From IMG/VR virus record IMGVR_UViG_3300032030_000019: a stretch of 64,000 nucleotides of DNA, one strand, 5' to 3'. Below, one piece after another: positions 19,405 to 28,477 of this stretch (its first letter is position 1; the number at the start of each line of letters is the position of its first letter). A program made the translations under genes and the position numbers. The notes below the pieces were generated by a model. It did not search any database and was not told the DNA's origin. It was given only the letters and a program-made list of their open reading frames with translations. The stretch is from a virus. Its lineage: Duplodnaviria; Heunggongvirae; Uroviricota; Caudoviricetes.

Positions 19405-20070
19405 ATGGAAGACGTGAAGACATACATAAAGGACTTAACCGAAGGTATTCTCGACAGGTATATTCCTATAGCGGATAACCTCTCTAGTTTGCTTGATCCT
19501 GATCCCGTACGTGCAACGAAAGTAATTGTACGTTTATTAAAGAAGGCAATACGTCAATTTTGTTACTATTTGCCCCTTGCGTGGGAGACGGAAATAAACG
19601 TTATTGATACTGAGTATACGTTTATTGATAATTATTTTTTATACGCAAGGAAAGAAATAACGTTTGACCAACTACAGCTTATACCTGACGCAATTGCAAG
19701 ACTTGGGTTAGGAAGTAGTTGGGAAATAACGGCTAACTTTTGGAGATACGACAGACCTACGTTAAAATGTAGTGAGGGAACGTATGTAATGAAAGCCGTG
19801 TATGAGTACCCCTTGTGTTGTGAGTACGATCAAAACGGGTTACTCAGGCCCACATCACATATATATGGTTTGTCTCGAGATATAATGAATCAATTTGAGA
19901 ATATGTTGGATTACACGTTTATTTCGAACATAAAAGCACGTTCCAACATTGTAAAACTACCCTTAAATGGTGCTGAATTTTTGAACTTTGATGACGTTCT
20001 TCAGACGTTAAATACTGCGATTGATGAGGATAAACAAGCAGCGTCAACGTTAGGTTTGGCGTGGTTGTAA
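19405..20070 (+). CDS. Head-tail adaptor/neck protein (T4 gp13-like)
   Basis: Size, position and LLKKAIRQFCYYLPL helix motif. Confidence 0.45.
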   Translation: MEDVKTYIKDLTEGILDRYIPIADNLSSLLDPDPVRATKVIVRLLKKAIRQFCYYLPLAWETEINVIDTEYTFIDNYFLYARKEITFDQLQLIPDAIARLGLGSSWEITANFWRYDRPTLKCSEGTYVMKAVYEYPLCCEYDQNGLLRPTSHIYGLSRDIMNQFENMLDYTFISNIKARSNIVKLPLNGAEFLNFDDVLQTLNTAIDEDKQAASTLGLAWL

Positions 20071-20077
20071 CGTAAGC

Positions 20078-20284
20078 ATGAACTATATAGAGTATGTTAA
20101 TTTTACATTACGTCAGGACGCTCAAAAATATCAGGACGTGCCATCACGTGAGCTCGTACGAAACATTACGCAGGAACTACGTCCACAAACAACGCAGGCA
20201 CCAAGTTCAATAGCCAAAGAAGTAAAGAAGACGTTGCGTGATGACGCCGCAAAAAGGGTATACGTTGGAGGAAATATGTTATGA
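20078..20284 (+). CDS. Small putative internal head protein
   Basis: Leader MNYIEYVNF-T; ATGA overlap with the next gene. Confidence 0.6.
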   Translation: MNYIEYVNFTLRQDAQKYQDVPSRELVRNITQELRPQTTQAPSSIAKEVKKTLRDDAAKRVYVGGNML

Positions 20285-21453
20285 TATACGCACAGCAACC
20301 GGCATATGCGCCACAACCACAGGTAGCAATAGCTCCACAACCACAACCTATCATGCAGGGATACGCACCACAAATGGCACCTCGGAATAACGGTTGGTGG
20401 AAATGGGCTCTCGCTGCAGGTTTAGGTGGCTTAGGTGTAGGTGGTGTACTTCTCGGCAATAGAATGGCTGAGAATGACAAAGAAGAAATTAAAAAGAATA
20501 ATAGACGAAAATGGATGCCAAGTTTTGATATGGATCCATTAACAATGACTTCCGTGATCACGCAATTACCTCGGTTTGCGATGAATACGCTCGGAATGGT
20601 AGACTCTATCAGAGATGCTGCTCATGGTCATAAAACGAAGAAATCTTTGGATGATGCTAAGAAACTGAATGAGGATTTAGCTTTTAAGTTCCGATATCTA
20701 AAGAAGGGTAGTAGAAATCCAGCAGAAGCTAAAAAGATGCTTGATGAGATTAAAGCTAAGAAACAGGAAGATATAGTAAGCCCCTTAATCATGGATCGAT
20801 TACAGCGTGCATCTAAAGGAACATGGAGTGATGACACATTCTCACAGGTAAGATCTACAGGCTACTATGATCGATACAAGGATTATAACTTTAATATACC
20901 TATGGCAGTACAACCACAGGTAGCAGCAGCCCCACAACCACAACCAGTAATGCAAGGGTATGCTCCTTCTGTATATCAACCTGTACAACAATACTACGCT
21001 CCTCCATCTCCAGGTAGAAACCTGTCTCGATTAGCATTAGGTCTTTCAGCACTAGCCGCATTAGGTGGCGGTGCTTACGCTCTTAAGAAAGCTAACGAAA
21101 ACAATGAGGCATTGGCTAAGAGTAGAGAGCCGAGCTTCATGAACAAGATTAATGTGGCCGATTTAATTTCACCGTTAATGGGTGCCACAAACATTGCCGC
21201 TGATAACCTGGATATTGTTAACAAACACAGAACAAAACGTATTAATGCAATTCGTGAGGATATCGACAAGAACGTCAAGAGTATTATTCGTGATGGTGAA
21301 AAATACAAAGGGAAGAAGAAAGAAGACGATCTCGGTCATATGTATAAATCCAAGGATATTGCTAGACAGGTTGTAAGTGCATTTGGTATGTTATCACCAT
21401 TTGCTAAGAAGTTTGTACAGCATCAAATGGATAAACACGACAACGAAGGATGA
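20281..21453 (+). CDS. Internally duplicated two-module protein, each module with a PQ-rich linker and a Gly/Ala hydrophobic helix
   Basis: PQVAIAPQPQPIMQGYAP and PQVAAAPQPQPVMQGYAP; modules separated by DTFS and DYNFN. Confidence 0.75.
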   Translation: MIYAQQPAYAPQPQVAIAPQPQPIMQGYAPQMAPRNNGWWKWALAAGLGGLGVGGVLLGNRMAENDKEEIKKNNRRKWMPSFDMDPLTMTSVITQLPRFAMNTLGMVDSIRDAAHGHKTKKSLDDAKKLNEDLAFKFRYLKKGSRNPAEAKKMLDEIKAKKQEDIVSPLIMDRLQRASKGTWSDDTFSQVRSTGYYDRYKDYNFNIPMAVQPQVAAAPQPQPVMQGYAPSVYQPVQQYYAPPSPGRNLSRLALGLSALAALGGGAYALKKANENNEALAKSREPSFMNKINVADLISPLMGATNIAADNLDIVNKHRTKRINAIREDIDKNVKSIIRDGEKYKGKKKEDDLGHMYKSKDIARQVVSAFGMLSPFAKKFVQHQMDKHDNEG

Positions 21454-21463
21454 GGATAGAGCC

Positions 21464-21952
21464 ATGAATATTCAGATAGGTGATATGATAGGTATCAGAA
21501 AGAGCTTTAATGTTATCTTTGGTATATACGAAGGCAAAGGTAAGATTATCTATTTTGACAAAACCCTCAAGGGCGGTGTAGTTAAGGAAGCTGATATCGG
21601 TCAAATAGCAGGGGGATTAGGATCTCCATTTATAGACACCAAAGAAGAACCCTTGTTTGAACCTGCTGAAATTGTAGCACGGGCCAAATCCATGATAGGT
21701 GTAACTCCCGTACCAAAATTCATAACAAGCTCTGAATCTTTTGCAAGTTGGGCTAAAACAGGGTGTCCTCGAAGTACAATGAAACAAGTAGGTCGAGATA
21801 TGAGCATAGGACTCTTGAATGCTTTTTTACAGAAGCCCGTAAAGGAGTATGTGGATTTAACACGTGAGGATCTTTTAGCTAATCGACCTACAAGGGATGC
21901 TAAATTCAAACAAGATGTACGGTATATATACAATAAATTTAACAGAAAATAA
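21464..21952 (+). CDS. LRAT-like (permuted NlpC/P60) fold, catalytic His and Cys apparently lost
   Basis: IGDMIGI...VIFGIYEGKGKIIY...IVARAKSMIG...TSSESFASWAKTG; start moved to ATG 21464. Confidence 0.6.
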   Translation: MNIQIGDMIGIRKSFNVIFGIYEGKGKIIYFDKTLKGGVVKEADIGQIAGGLGSPFIDTKEEPLFEPAEIVARAKSMIGVTPVPKFITSSESFASWAKTGCPRSTMKQVGRDMSIGLLNAFLQKPVKEYVDLTREDLLANRPTRDAKFKQDVRYIYNKFNRK

Positions 21953-21963
21953 CGGGTACTACT

Positions 21964-23799
21964 ATGCAAAATTACTATAATGATTACTACCAATTTGGTG
22001 TTTGGGATGGTGTCAAAAATACATGGAATACCATCAGAGCGATACCTAAGATTGCAAGTGGTATCGGAGCTATCAAGGACTTTGGCAAAACAGGTGATTT
22101 CAATAAATTGGTAGACTGGGGTAAAGAGAACTTCAAAGGGAACCCCATGATTGATAAAGCCGTGAGTTGGGCCAAAGATAATAAGGCATTACTAGGTGGT
22201 TTAGCGACCGCTGGTGTTGGTGCATTAGCAAATCACTTTGCCAATAAGAACAATCAAAAACAAGTCATGATGGGACTGATGCCAGGTATGGGCGGTGGCA
22301 TGATGCCAATGATGAATCCATACATGGGTATGATGCCAATGATGAATCCGTATATGGGCATGGGAATGATGCCAGGTATGGGCGGTGGTTACTATACTGT
22401 AACACGTGGTGGTGGAAATAACGGCAATGGGTTCTTTGGTAACTTAATGCAAGCAGCGACACCTCTTCTAGCCGCTTATGGAATCAATAAGTGGATGAAT
22501 GGTCAACAAAAGACTGAGGAAGAGAAAAATGAAAGTGATATAGAAGGAAGATTATCAAAGCTATACCAGGCCAATGCACAAAATGCAACAAATATCAAGG
22601 CAGAATATGATAAACTTGCTCAAACACTGGGAGAAAAAGGTGCTATTGCTACGCTTGAACAAAAATACAAAAATGGATATACAGTCACAGAAAACCCAGA
22701 CGACGTACAAGAACGTTTAAATAAATTATATCAAGCTAATCCTAAAAACTCACAGGCAATCAAGTCCGAATTTGACAGTCTAGTATCATCATTAGGTGAA
22801 AAGGGTGCGATAACAACTCTTGAGAACAAATATAAAGGTGGGTATTACGAAGAGAAAGAAGAAACGACTCCTCAAACAGCAGCCGATAAAATACGTAGTA
22901 CATTCGGACAGAAACGCTCGTGGTGGGATATAGCTGGAAAAATCAGAGACCGTAATGCTAAAACACGTTACGACCAAGCTATATCAGGCATGACAGAAGA
23001 TCAACGAGACGCCTTTCAGAAACATATTGTCAAGAACATGGAACAAGGTAATAGTTGGCGAAGCGCCATTAATGCACAGGTAGCCACTATAAACAGACAA
23101 GGCGGTGGTCAAAAAGTAAACAGAAAAAAGAATCAAGAACAAACTACAACAGCGCCATCCACCCAAGCTATAGCCAACGCCACTACGGATAGTCAGGATC
23201 CAACTAAGAATCCGTATGCAGATTTCTCCTACTCACCCCTTGACGAAATACAAGGACGTTTCAAAGACGTGTACTTTGGTTCGTGGGACTTCTTAACTCC
23301 TGAAACAAAAAAAAAGGACGTCAAAGCCTTAGCAGCCCGAATTAAGCCAGGTGATGGCATAAGTGTAAACAAAGGACCATACGCACACTACGCGATTTAC
23401 ATAGGTGACGGCAAAGTAATTGAACATACAGGGGTTGATAGCAAATATCAACGTGGTGGAAACAATAAATCACAAATGGGTAGTTTAAAGGATTTTATGG
23501 CTGGTCGTGGTAATGAGGCGGTAACGATTCATAAATCTAGAAAATTTAGCCCAGAAACCGTAGTACAGCGAGCCAAGAATGCATATAATTTAAAAGATTT
23601 ACCATATGATGCAGCAAAGAACAATTGTGAACATTTTATGGAAGAAATCTTAAATGGTGAACATAAATCACATCAAGTTAAAAACATACAGAATCTTGTA
23701 CGCGGAATCGGCTATATGGGGAAAGAAGGATTAAAGAATTACGACAAAGACATAGATAAAAGTGCTAAAAAATACAGTAAGATGTACAAGCACATTTAA
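21964..23799 (+). CDS. Multimodule protein with C-terminal LRAT-like domain
   Basis: Leader ending DYYQF-G; Met/Gly repeats; two ~47-aa repeats; KPGD...YAHYAIYIGDG...YDAAKNNCEHF. Confidence 0.8.
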   Translation: MQNYYNDYYQFGVWDGVKNTWNTIRAIPKIASGIGAIKDFGKTGDFNKLVDWGKENFKGNPMIDKAVSWAKDNKALLGGLATAGVGALANHFANKNNQKQVMMGLMPGMGGGMMPMMNPYMGMMPMMNPYMGMGMMPGMGGGYYTVTRGGGNNGNGFFGNLMQAATPLLAAYGINKWMNGQQKTEEEKNESDIEGRLSKLYQANAQNATNIKAEYDKLAQTLGEKGAIATLEQKYKNGYTVTENPDDVQERLNKLYQANPKNSQAIKSEFDSLVSSLGEKGAITTLENKYKGGYYEEKEETTPQTAADKIRSTFGQKRSWWDIAGKIRDRNAKTRYDQAISGMTEDQRDAFQKHIVKNMEQGNSWRSAINAQVATINRQGGGQKVNRKKNQEQTTTAPSTQAIANATTDSQDPTKNPYADFSYSPLDEIQGRFKDVYFGSWDFLTPETKKKDVKALAARIKPGDGISVNKGPYAHYAIYIGDGKVIEHTGVDSKYQRGGNNKSQMGSLKDFMAGRGNEAVTIHKSRKFSPETVVQRAKNAYNLKDLPYDAAKNNCEHFMEEILNGEHKSHQVKNIQNLVRGIGYMGKEGLKNYDKDIDKSAKKYSKMYKHI

Positions 23800-23818
23800 C
23801 ACAGTGAGGAACACAAAA

Positions 23819-25222
23819 ATGCTTTCATTAAGTGACACACAAAAATCTTACCTCAAACACGCCGGTATAGGTGCTGGGGCTGGTACTGTAGTAGGTGGCG
23901 TAGCAGGGCATCTTACAGGTAGAGCACGTCAAGCCATGTTAGCAAAGAAGGCACGCGAAGAAGCCTCAAGAGGTGTTTTTAATAAAGCCCTCAACGCAAT
24001 CAATGGTAATCGATTACGCAATATAGAAAATGCAGCCAAAAAGAAAATCAATCTAACTGAACATACTATGGTAGGTGCAGGTTTAGGCGCTCTTGGTGGG
24101 GCCGCTGGTAGTGTGGGAACGAAGTACTTCCGTGATAAGGCGGCTCAAAAGAAACAGATGGAAGCCGATGCTGAAGCACGTGCGAAAGAAATAGCCGACC
24201 TACGATGGAAGAGTTCAAAAGAATACAAAGATCTCCAAAAACAGCTAGCTAAAGACGAAAAGGAACGCACAAAGATAATAAAGAAGCGCGCCAAGAATAT
24301 AGCTATGAAAAAGGCGGAGCGTTTACAAGCAGAAGCTGACATAGCATACGAAAAGGCGATGGAAGAAAAAGCACGTCAGGCTAGAGTAAAGCGAATAGGT
24401 GAGCTCAGAAAAATGGCAAAAGCAAAACAAGAAAAAGCTAAAAAACCAAGCTCATTTGGTCTTTCAGGTGGCAATCCAAACAGCGAACGTAATCTCCAAG
24501 GTGCCGTCATACGTACACACTCCTACGTAGGCTTCTCAAAAGAAGATAAAATCCGACGTGGGAATAAAGTTGCTGATGAGTACGTACGTGAGTTACGAAA
24601 TTACAAACGTAGAATCTCAGCACGTTTGAATACACATCCGTTGAAAGGCGCAGCTATAGGTTCATTGGTAGGTGCAGGATTAGCTTCCTCTAAGACAGCT
24701 ATTTCGCACGAACGTCAGGTACGTGAGCTCGCTAAGAAGTTACGTAAACAAAATCCTGAACTTGAGTACGATGAATCAATTAAGAAAGCACGTGCTGTAT
24801 TAGGTTCATTGCGTCATAAATTAAAAGACTCAGCCATTAAGGGTGCTGTTATTGGTGGTACTGTTGGTGGTTTAGGAACGGCTGCTACAAACGCTGTTAA
24901 GAACCATATGGCGGATAAGGCTTCATGGGACAATTACACGAACGGGGATCATTTGAAGGGCCCACTGAGTCGTTTTAGCGATTCGATGAAGATGCTGAAA
25001 GCTGATGAGAAGCACACAGATAAAGCCGCTAAAGAAGCACGTAAAGTAAGAGAACTTGCGAATAAACTAGGCGCGCAAGAAATGAAACGTGCTGAACGTA
25101 AAGCACGTATGAACGGACTTATGGATCGTATGACAAAATCTAAGTACGAACAAAAGTATGACGCACTTAGAAAGTACCAACTTGAACGTGAGCAAGACGC
25201 ATTAAATATGTTGGGGTATTAA
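23819..25222 (+). CDS. Lys-rich protein with four glycine-zipper segments
   Basis: Start moved to ATG 23819 (GAGGA SD); N-half paralogous to 9847 gene; internal SYVGFS. Confidence 0.7.
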   Translation: MLSLSDTQKSYLKHAGIGAGAGTVVGGVAGHLTGRARQAMLAKKAREEASRGVFNKALNAINGNRLRNIENAAKKKINLTEHTMVGAGLGALGGAAGSVGTKYFRDKAAQKKQMEADAEARAKEIADLRWKSSKEYKDLQKQLAKDEKERTKIIKKRAKNIAMKKAERLQAEADIAYEKAMEEKARQARVKRIGELRKMAKAKQEKAKKPSSFGLSGGNPNSERNLQGAVIRTHSYVGFSKEDKIRRGNKVADEYVRELRNYKRRISARLNTHPLKGAAIGSLVGAGLASSKTAISHERQVRELAKKLRKQNPELEYDESIKKARAVLGSLRHKLKDSAIKGAVIGGTVGGLGTAATNAVKNHMADKASWDNYTNGDHLKGPLSRFSDSMKMLKADEKHTDKAAKEARKVRELANKLGAQEMKRAERKARMNGLMDRMTKSKYEQKYDALRKYQLEREQDALNMLGY

Positions 25223-25225
25223 CGT

Positions 25226-25762
25226 ATGTATAACTTTAGTGACTCACGTTTTGACGAATTTATTCACGAATTAGGTAAACGTAATAAACACGTATCTAAA
25301 GAAGGTCAACGTTTGCTTGATAAGATTAAACCAGGTGACGGACTTGAAGTTGATCGTGGATTTTATCGCCATTACGGAGTGTACTTAGGCAACAACGTTA
25401 TACTCGAATTAAACGGAAGCACGTCAGGTAAAAACAAAAGCAGACTAATTGATGTGGATACGTTTCTACGAGATCAGAAAGCAAGTGACGTAACCGCACA
25501 TGTGTCACATAAGTTTACACTTTCGCAAATACGTGAACGTGCAAAGAACGCCATAAATCATGTCAAACTTCCTTATAACTTAGTGACGAACAATTGCGAA
25601 CATTTCATGGAAGAAATACTTAATGGCAAACATGAGTCACATCAGGTCAAAAGTGTGGGTACGTACGCGGGTACAATCTCACGTGGGATCGGACGTCATT
25701 GGGATAGTTTGTACAAGAAGAACTCGGACAAGAAAAGGAAGTTCTATAGGAGCTTCTTATAA
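25226..25762 (+). CDS. Stand-alone LRAT-like domain protein
   Basis: Leader MYNF-S; KPGD...YRHYGVYLG...YNLVTNNCEHF. Confidence 0.8.
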   Translation: MYNFSDSRFDEFIHELGKRNKHVSKEGQRLLDKIKPGDGLEVDRGFYRHYGVYLGNNVILELNGSTSGKNKSRLIDVDTFLRDQKASDVTAHVSHKFTLSQIRERAKNAINHVKLPYNLVTNNCEHFMEEILNGKHESHQVKSVGTYAGTISRGIGRHWDSLYKKNSDKKRKFYRSFL

Positions 25763-25792
25763 GTTATCAAATTTTAACACATATATTTCCTC

Positions 25793-25820
25793 TTGTAATA
25801 TAGGCACGACGTTGTATTAT
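25793..25820 (+). promoter_or_regulatory. Possible sigma70-type promoter
   Basis: TTGTAA (25793-25798), 16 bp spacer, TATTAT (25815-25820). Confidence 0.35.
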
Positions 25821-25846
25821 ATATATACGGGGGGGGGCAAAAAAAA

Positions 25847-26212
25847 ATGAATTACGTAGAATATCAATTTAGCATTTACAACCAGCCAACAGTGCCGTTT
25901 TCTCTTGTGAATTTTGGATTTAATCGTCTATTACAAAGTGCGGCACGTCGTGGAGATTTTCAAAAAGTTTCTAAATTAAGAAGCTCACAGATGTATAGAG
26001 AAGGGAAAACTCTGGAGGATATGAGAAAACTAAAGAGAGATATTTGGAAAACATTACCGATTGATTCTCCAGAACGTGGCACTCTCAAGACGATGTTTAG
26101 GGCCGCTCGAAATACATTTGACAGACAGGATGATAAAAACGCCGCAGCGACTAGTGCTGCTTACAGAGAAGCTTCATATAATAATATGAAGCGTGCAATG
26201 GGAGAGCTGTAA
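25847..26212 (+). CDS. Basic putative internal head protein
   Basis: Leader MNYVEYQF-S; preceded by G9-C-A9. Confidence 0.7.
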   Translation: MNYVEYQFSIYNQPTVPFSLVNFGFNRLLQSAARRGDFQKVSKLRSSQMYREGKTLEDMRKLKRDIWKTLPIDSPERGTLKTMFRAARNTFDRQDDKNAAATSAAYREASYNNMKRAMGEL

Positions 26213-26291
26213 CAATAAACCACAACTAACAATAAACCACAATAAAAATATTCCTCCTCACATATATATATGTATATGGGGGGGGGGTATT

Positions 26292-26597
26292 ATGAATTTT
26301 TTAGAATATAACTTTACAAGATGGGGAAAATACATGACATTAGCAGCCAAAGCTGTAAAGAATAACGACCCCGAAGGTTATCGCCGATGGGCAACAAAAG
26401 GATTAGTTAAAGAAGATAGGATTTACAATAAGGGAGACCTCAAGAATCTGCCCGCTAGCAAAAGACTAGCTGCTTATAGGCAACATGATAAAGATCTGAA
26501 TGCTGTAGAAAAAGCAAATAATGTATTTCAAGCACATCCTAATCCTAAGCGATTTAACAATTTTGAAATCACTCCTCATCCATCTTACAACCCATAA
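26292..26597 (+). CDS. Basic putative internal head protein
   Basis: Start moved to ATG 26292; leader MNFLEYNF-T; preceded by G10. Confidence 0.65.
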   Translation: MNFLEYNFTRWGKYMTLAAKAVKNNDPEGYRRWATKGLVKEDRIYNKGDLKNLPASKRLAAYRQHDKDLNAVEKANNVFQAHPNPKRFNNFEITPHPSYNP

Positions 26598-26615
26598 AAA
26601 GCATAGGAGCCACAT

Positions 26616-28463
26616 ATGGTAGCGGTAAATGCAATACTAGACAAGATGTCTTCGCAAGAGACGTTAGCACTACTTGCGACAGCACTTGGGTACAAAGCAA
26701 TGCCCGTAGATATCGAGACGTTTTTAAATGACCCATACTACTTAGGCAACTCATGTGGTATAAACCCACTAACAGGACAATCCGCTATATTCCCAAAGTG
26801 GCACGAAGCTTTACACCAAATATACCCCGACGCAATTCGCACATCAACGTTTGTAGCGAACGCTGGGGCAATTGGTACAGGTAAGTCGACCGTAGGTAAG
26901 ATTATTTTAATGTATGATATATACAAAATAACCATGCTTAAAAACGCGGCGGCTTACTTTGGTTTGATTCAAAAGTACTTTCATTTTGTTATCTTTAACT
27001 TAACAAAGCTTACCGCTGAAAAGATGGTTAAAGAGATGAAGGCATGGATGGATGCAAGCCCGTATTTTCAGGAACAATTCGCTGACCCTGAATCAGTTAT
27101 ACATTGGATATCACTAGATGATGCCTCACGTATGGACGATATCATCTCAAACGACGTAATCTCAATTATATACTCAGAGATGAACTTCGTAAGGAACTTG
27201 GAACGTGGTATTCAACTTATAGACCAGGGTATAAGCCGTATTGAATCACGTTTTCAAAAGGGTTTCGGACTATTCAATCACATAATCCTTGACTCTTCTG
27301 ACACAAGCATCGAGGCGCCTGTCCCACAGTTTTTGATACATCACCCGCGTGGACGGGAAACGTTGGTCTTCAAGTTTGCAATTTGGGATGTTAAACCTGA
27401 AATGTACTTCCATATGTCTGATCCTATAACAGGTAAGAAGACGTTTACGGTATACAAAGGCGATAGTGAAACCCCACCCTGTATAGTTGATGATACAACG
27501 AAAACAGAAGACATGGATCCTGATAGATTCATGGAGGTACCACTAGAACTTAAAACAGACTTTGAAGCCAATATAGAGTTACAGCTAAATGAAAAAGCGG
27601 GTGTAACTGTAGAAACGACAACACAGTATTTTAAGGCAACGAATGTTATACCTCACATGACGTATGACATGATGATGCCTGAGATAATTACAATAGATTT
27701 TTTCGGAGAAGAATCATATATACCATATTTTGAAGATCTTATAAATAAACTACCGCATGACCGATGTCTATTTGGTAGTGTGGATTTAGGGTTATCTCAC
27801 GATAGAGCAGGCTTTTCATTAGGGTATATTGAGAATTTAAATCCAATAGATAATGATGGAGTTGTAAGTTTTGATCCGAAGGTGGTTGTACCTTGTGCAG
27901 TAGCATTTAGTAGGTACGTAGGGCAAGAAACAAGTATAGATAAGATTACGCAATTAATAGTATGGATTCACTCGCAGATACCTTTTTACAAATTCACGAT
28001 GGATACATACCAGTCAGCGGCAATCAAACAAAAGCTGATAAACACAGAAATCAATGCGGAATTCTTGTCTGTAGATCGAACAGTACAGCATCATAAAATA
28101 GCAAAACAAATGATTTACCAAGGTAAGGTCGTATTACCTAAGTCAACCCTTCTAAAAAATGAATTGATTAATTTGGTAGATCTTGGTAAAAAGATTGATC
28201 ACCATGCGACTAAAAATGCAAATGGTGATATAGGTAGTGATTCAAAAGACGTTGCCGATAGTGTAGTACGTCTGTTATCAACCATGCATAATGCAACGGC
28301 AGACGCTATGGAACCACCTCTTATCTCAAGGAGTGCGATCCAAAAGTATAACGAAGAGCTGATATCTGAATGGGTCGATACACAACGTAAACAAAAGTTT
28401 GATATGCTATACGGAACAAATTATGGCCTAACAGCTGAATTACATAATCTAGCTTACAATTAA
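26616..28463 (+). CDS. terL: Terminase large subunit
   Basis: Walker A GAIGTGKST; Walker B region HIILDSS; nuclease GSVDLGLSHD and DHH...SKDVADSV. Confidence 0.92.
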   Translation: MVAVNAILDKMSSQETLALLATALGYKAMPVDIETFLNDPYYLGNSCGINPLTGQSAIFPKWHEALHQIYPDAIRTSTFVANAGAIGTGKSTVGKIILMYDIYKITMLKNAAAYFGLIQKYFHFVIFNLTKLTAEKMVKEMKAWMDASPYFQEQFADPESVIHWISLDDASRMDDIISNDVISIIYSEMNFVRNLERGIQLIDQGISRIESRFQKGFGLFNHIILDSSDTSIEAPVPQFLIHHPRGRETLVFKFAIWDVKPEMYFHMSDPITGKKTFTVYKGDSETPPCIVDDTTKTEDMDPDRFMEVPLELKTDFEANIELQLNEKAGVTVETTTQYFKATNVIPHMTYDMMMPEIITIDFFGEESYIPYFEDLINKLPHDRCLFGSVDLGLSHDRAGFSLGYIENLNPIDNDGVVSFDPKVVVPCAVAFSRYVGQETSIDKITQLIVWIHSQIPFYKFTMDTYQSAAIKQKLINTEINAEFLSVDRTVQHHKIAKQMIYQGKVVLPKSTLLKNELINLVDLGKKIDHHATKNANGDIGSDSKDVADSVVRLLSTMHNATADAMEPPLISRSAIQKYNEELISEWVDTQRKQKFDMLYGTNYGLTAELHNLAYN

Positions 28464-28477
28464 CGAGGGACCTCACA

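Noticed and set aside
26616-28463. Intein or intron in terL
   Set aside because: Normal length, continuous motifs, no intein splice-junction or group I core motifs seen
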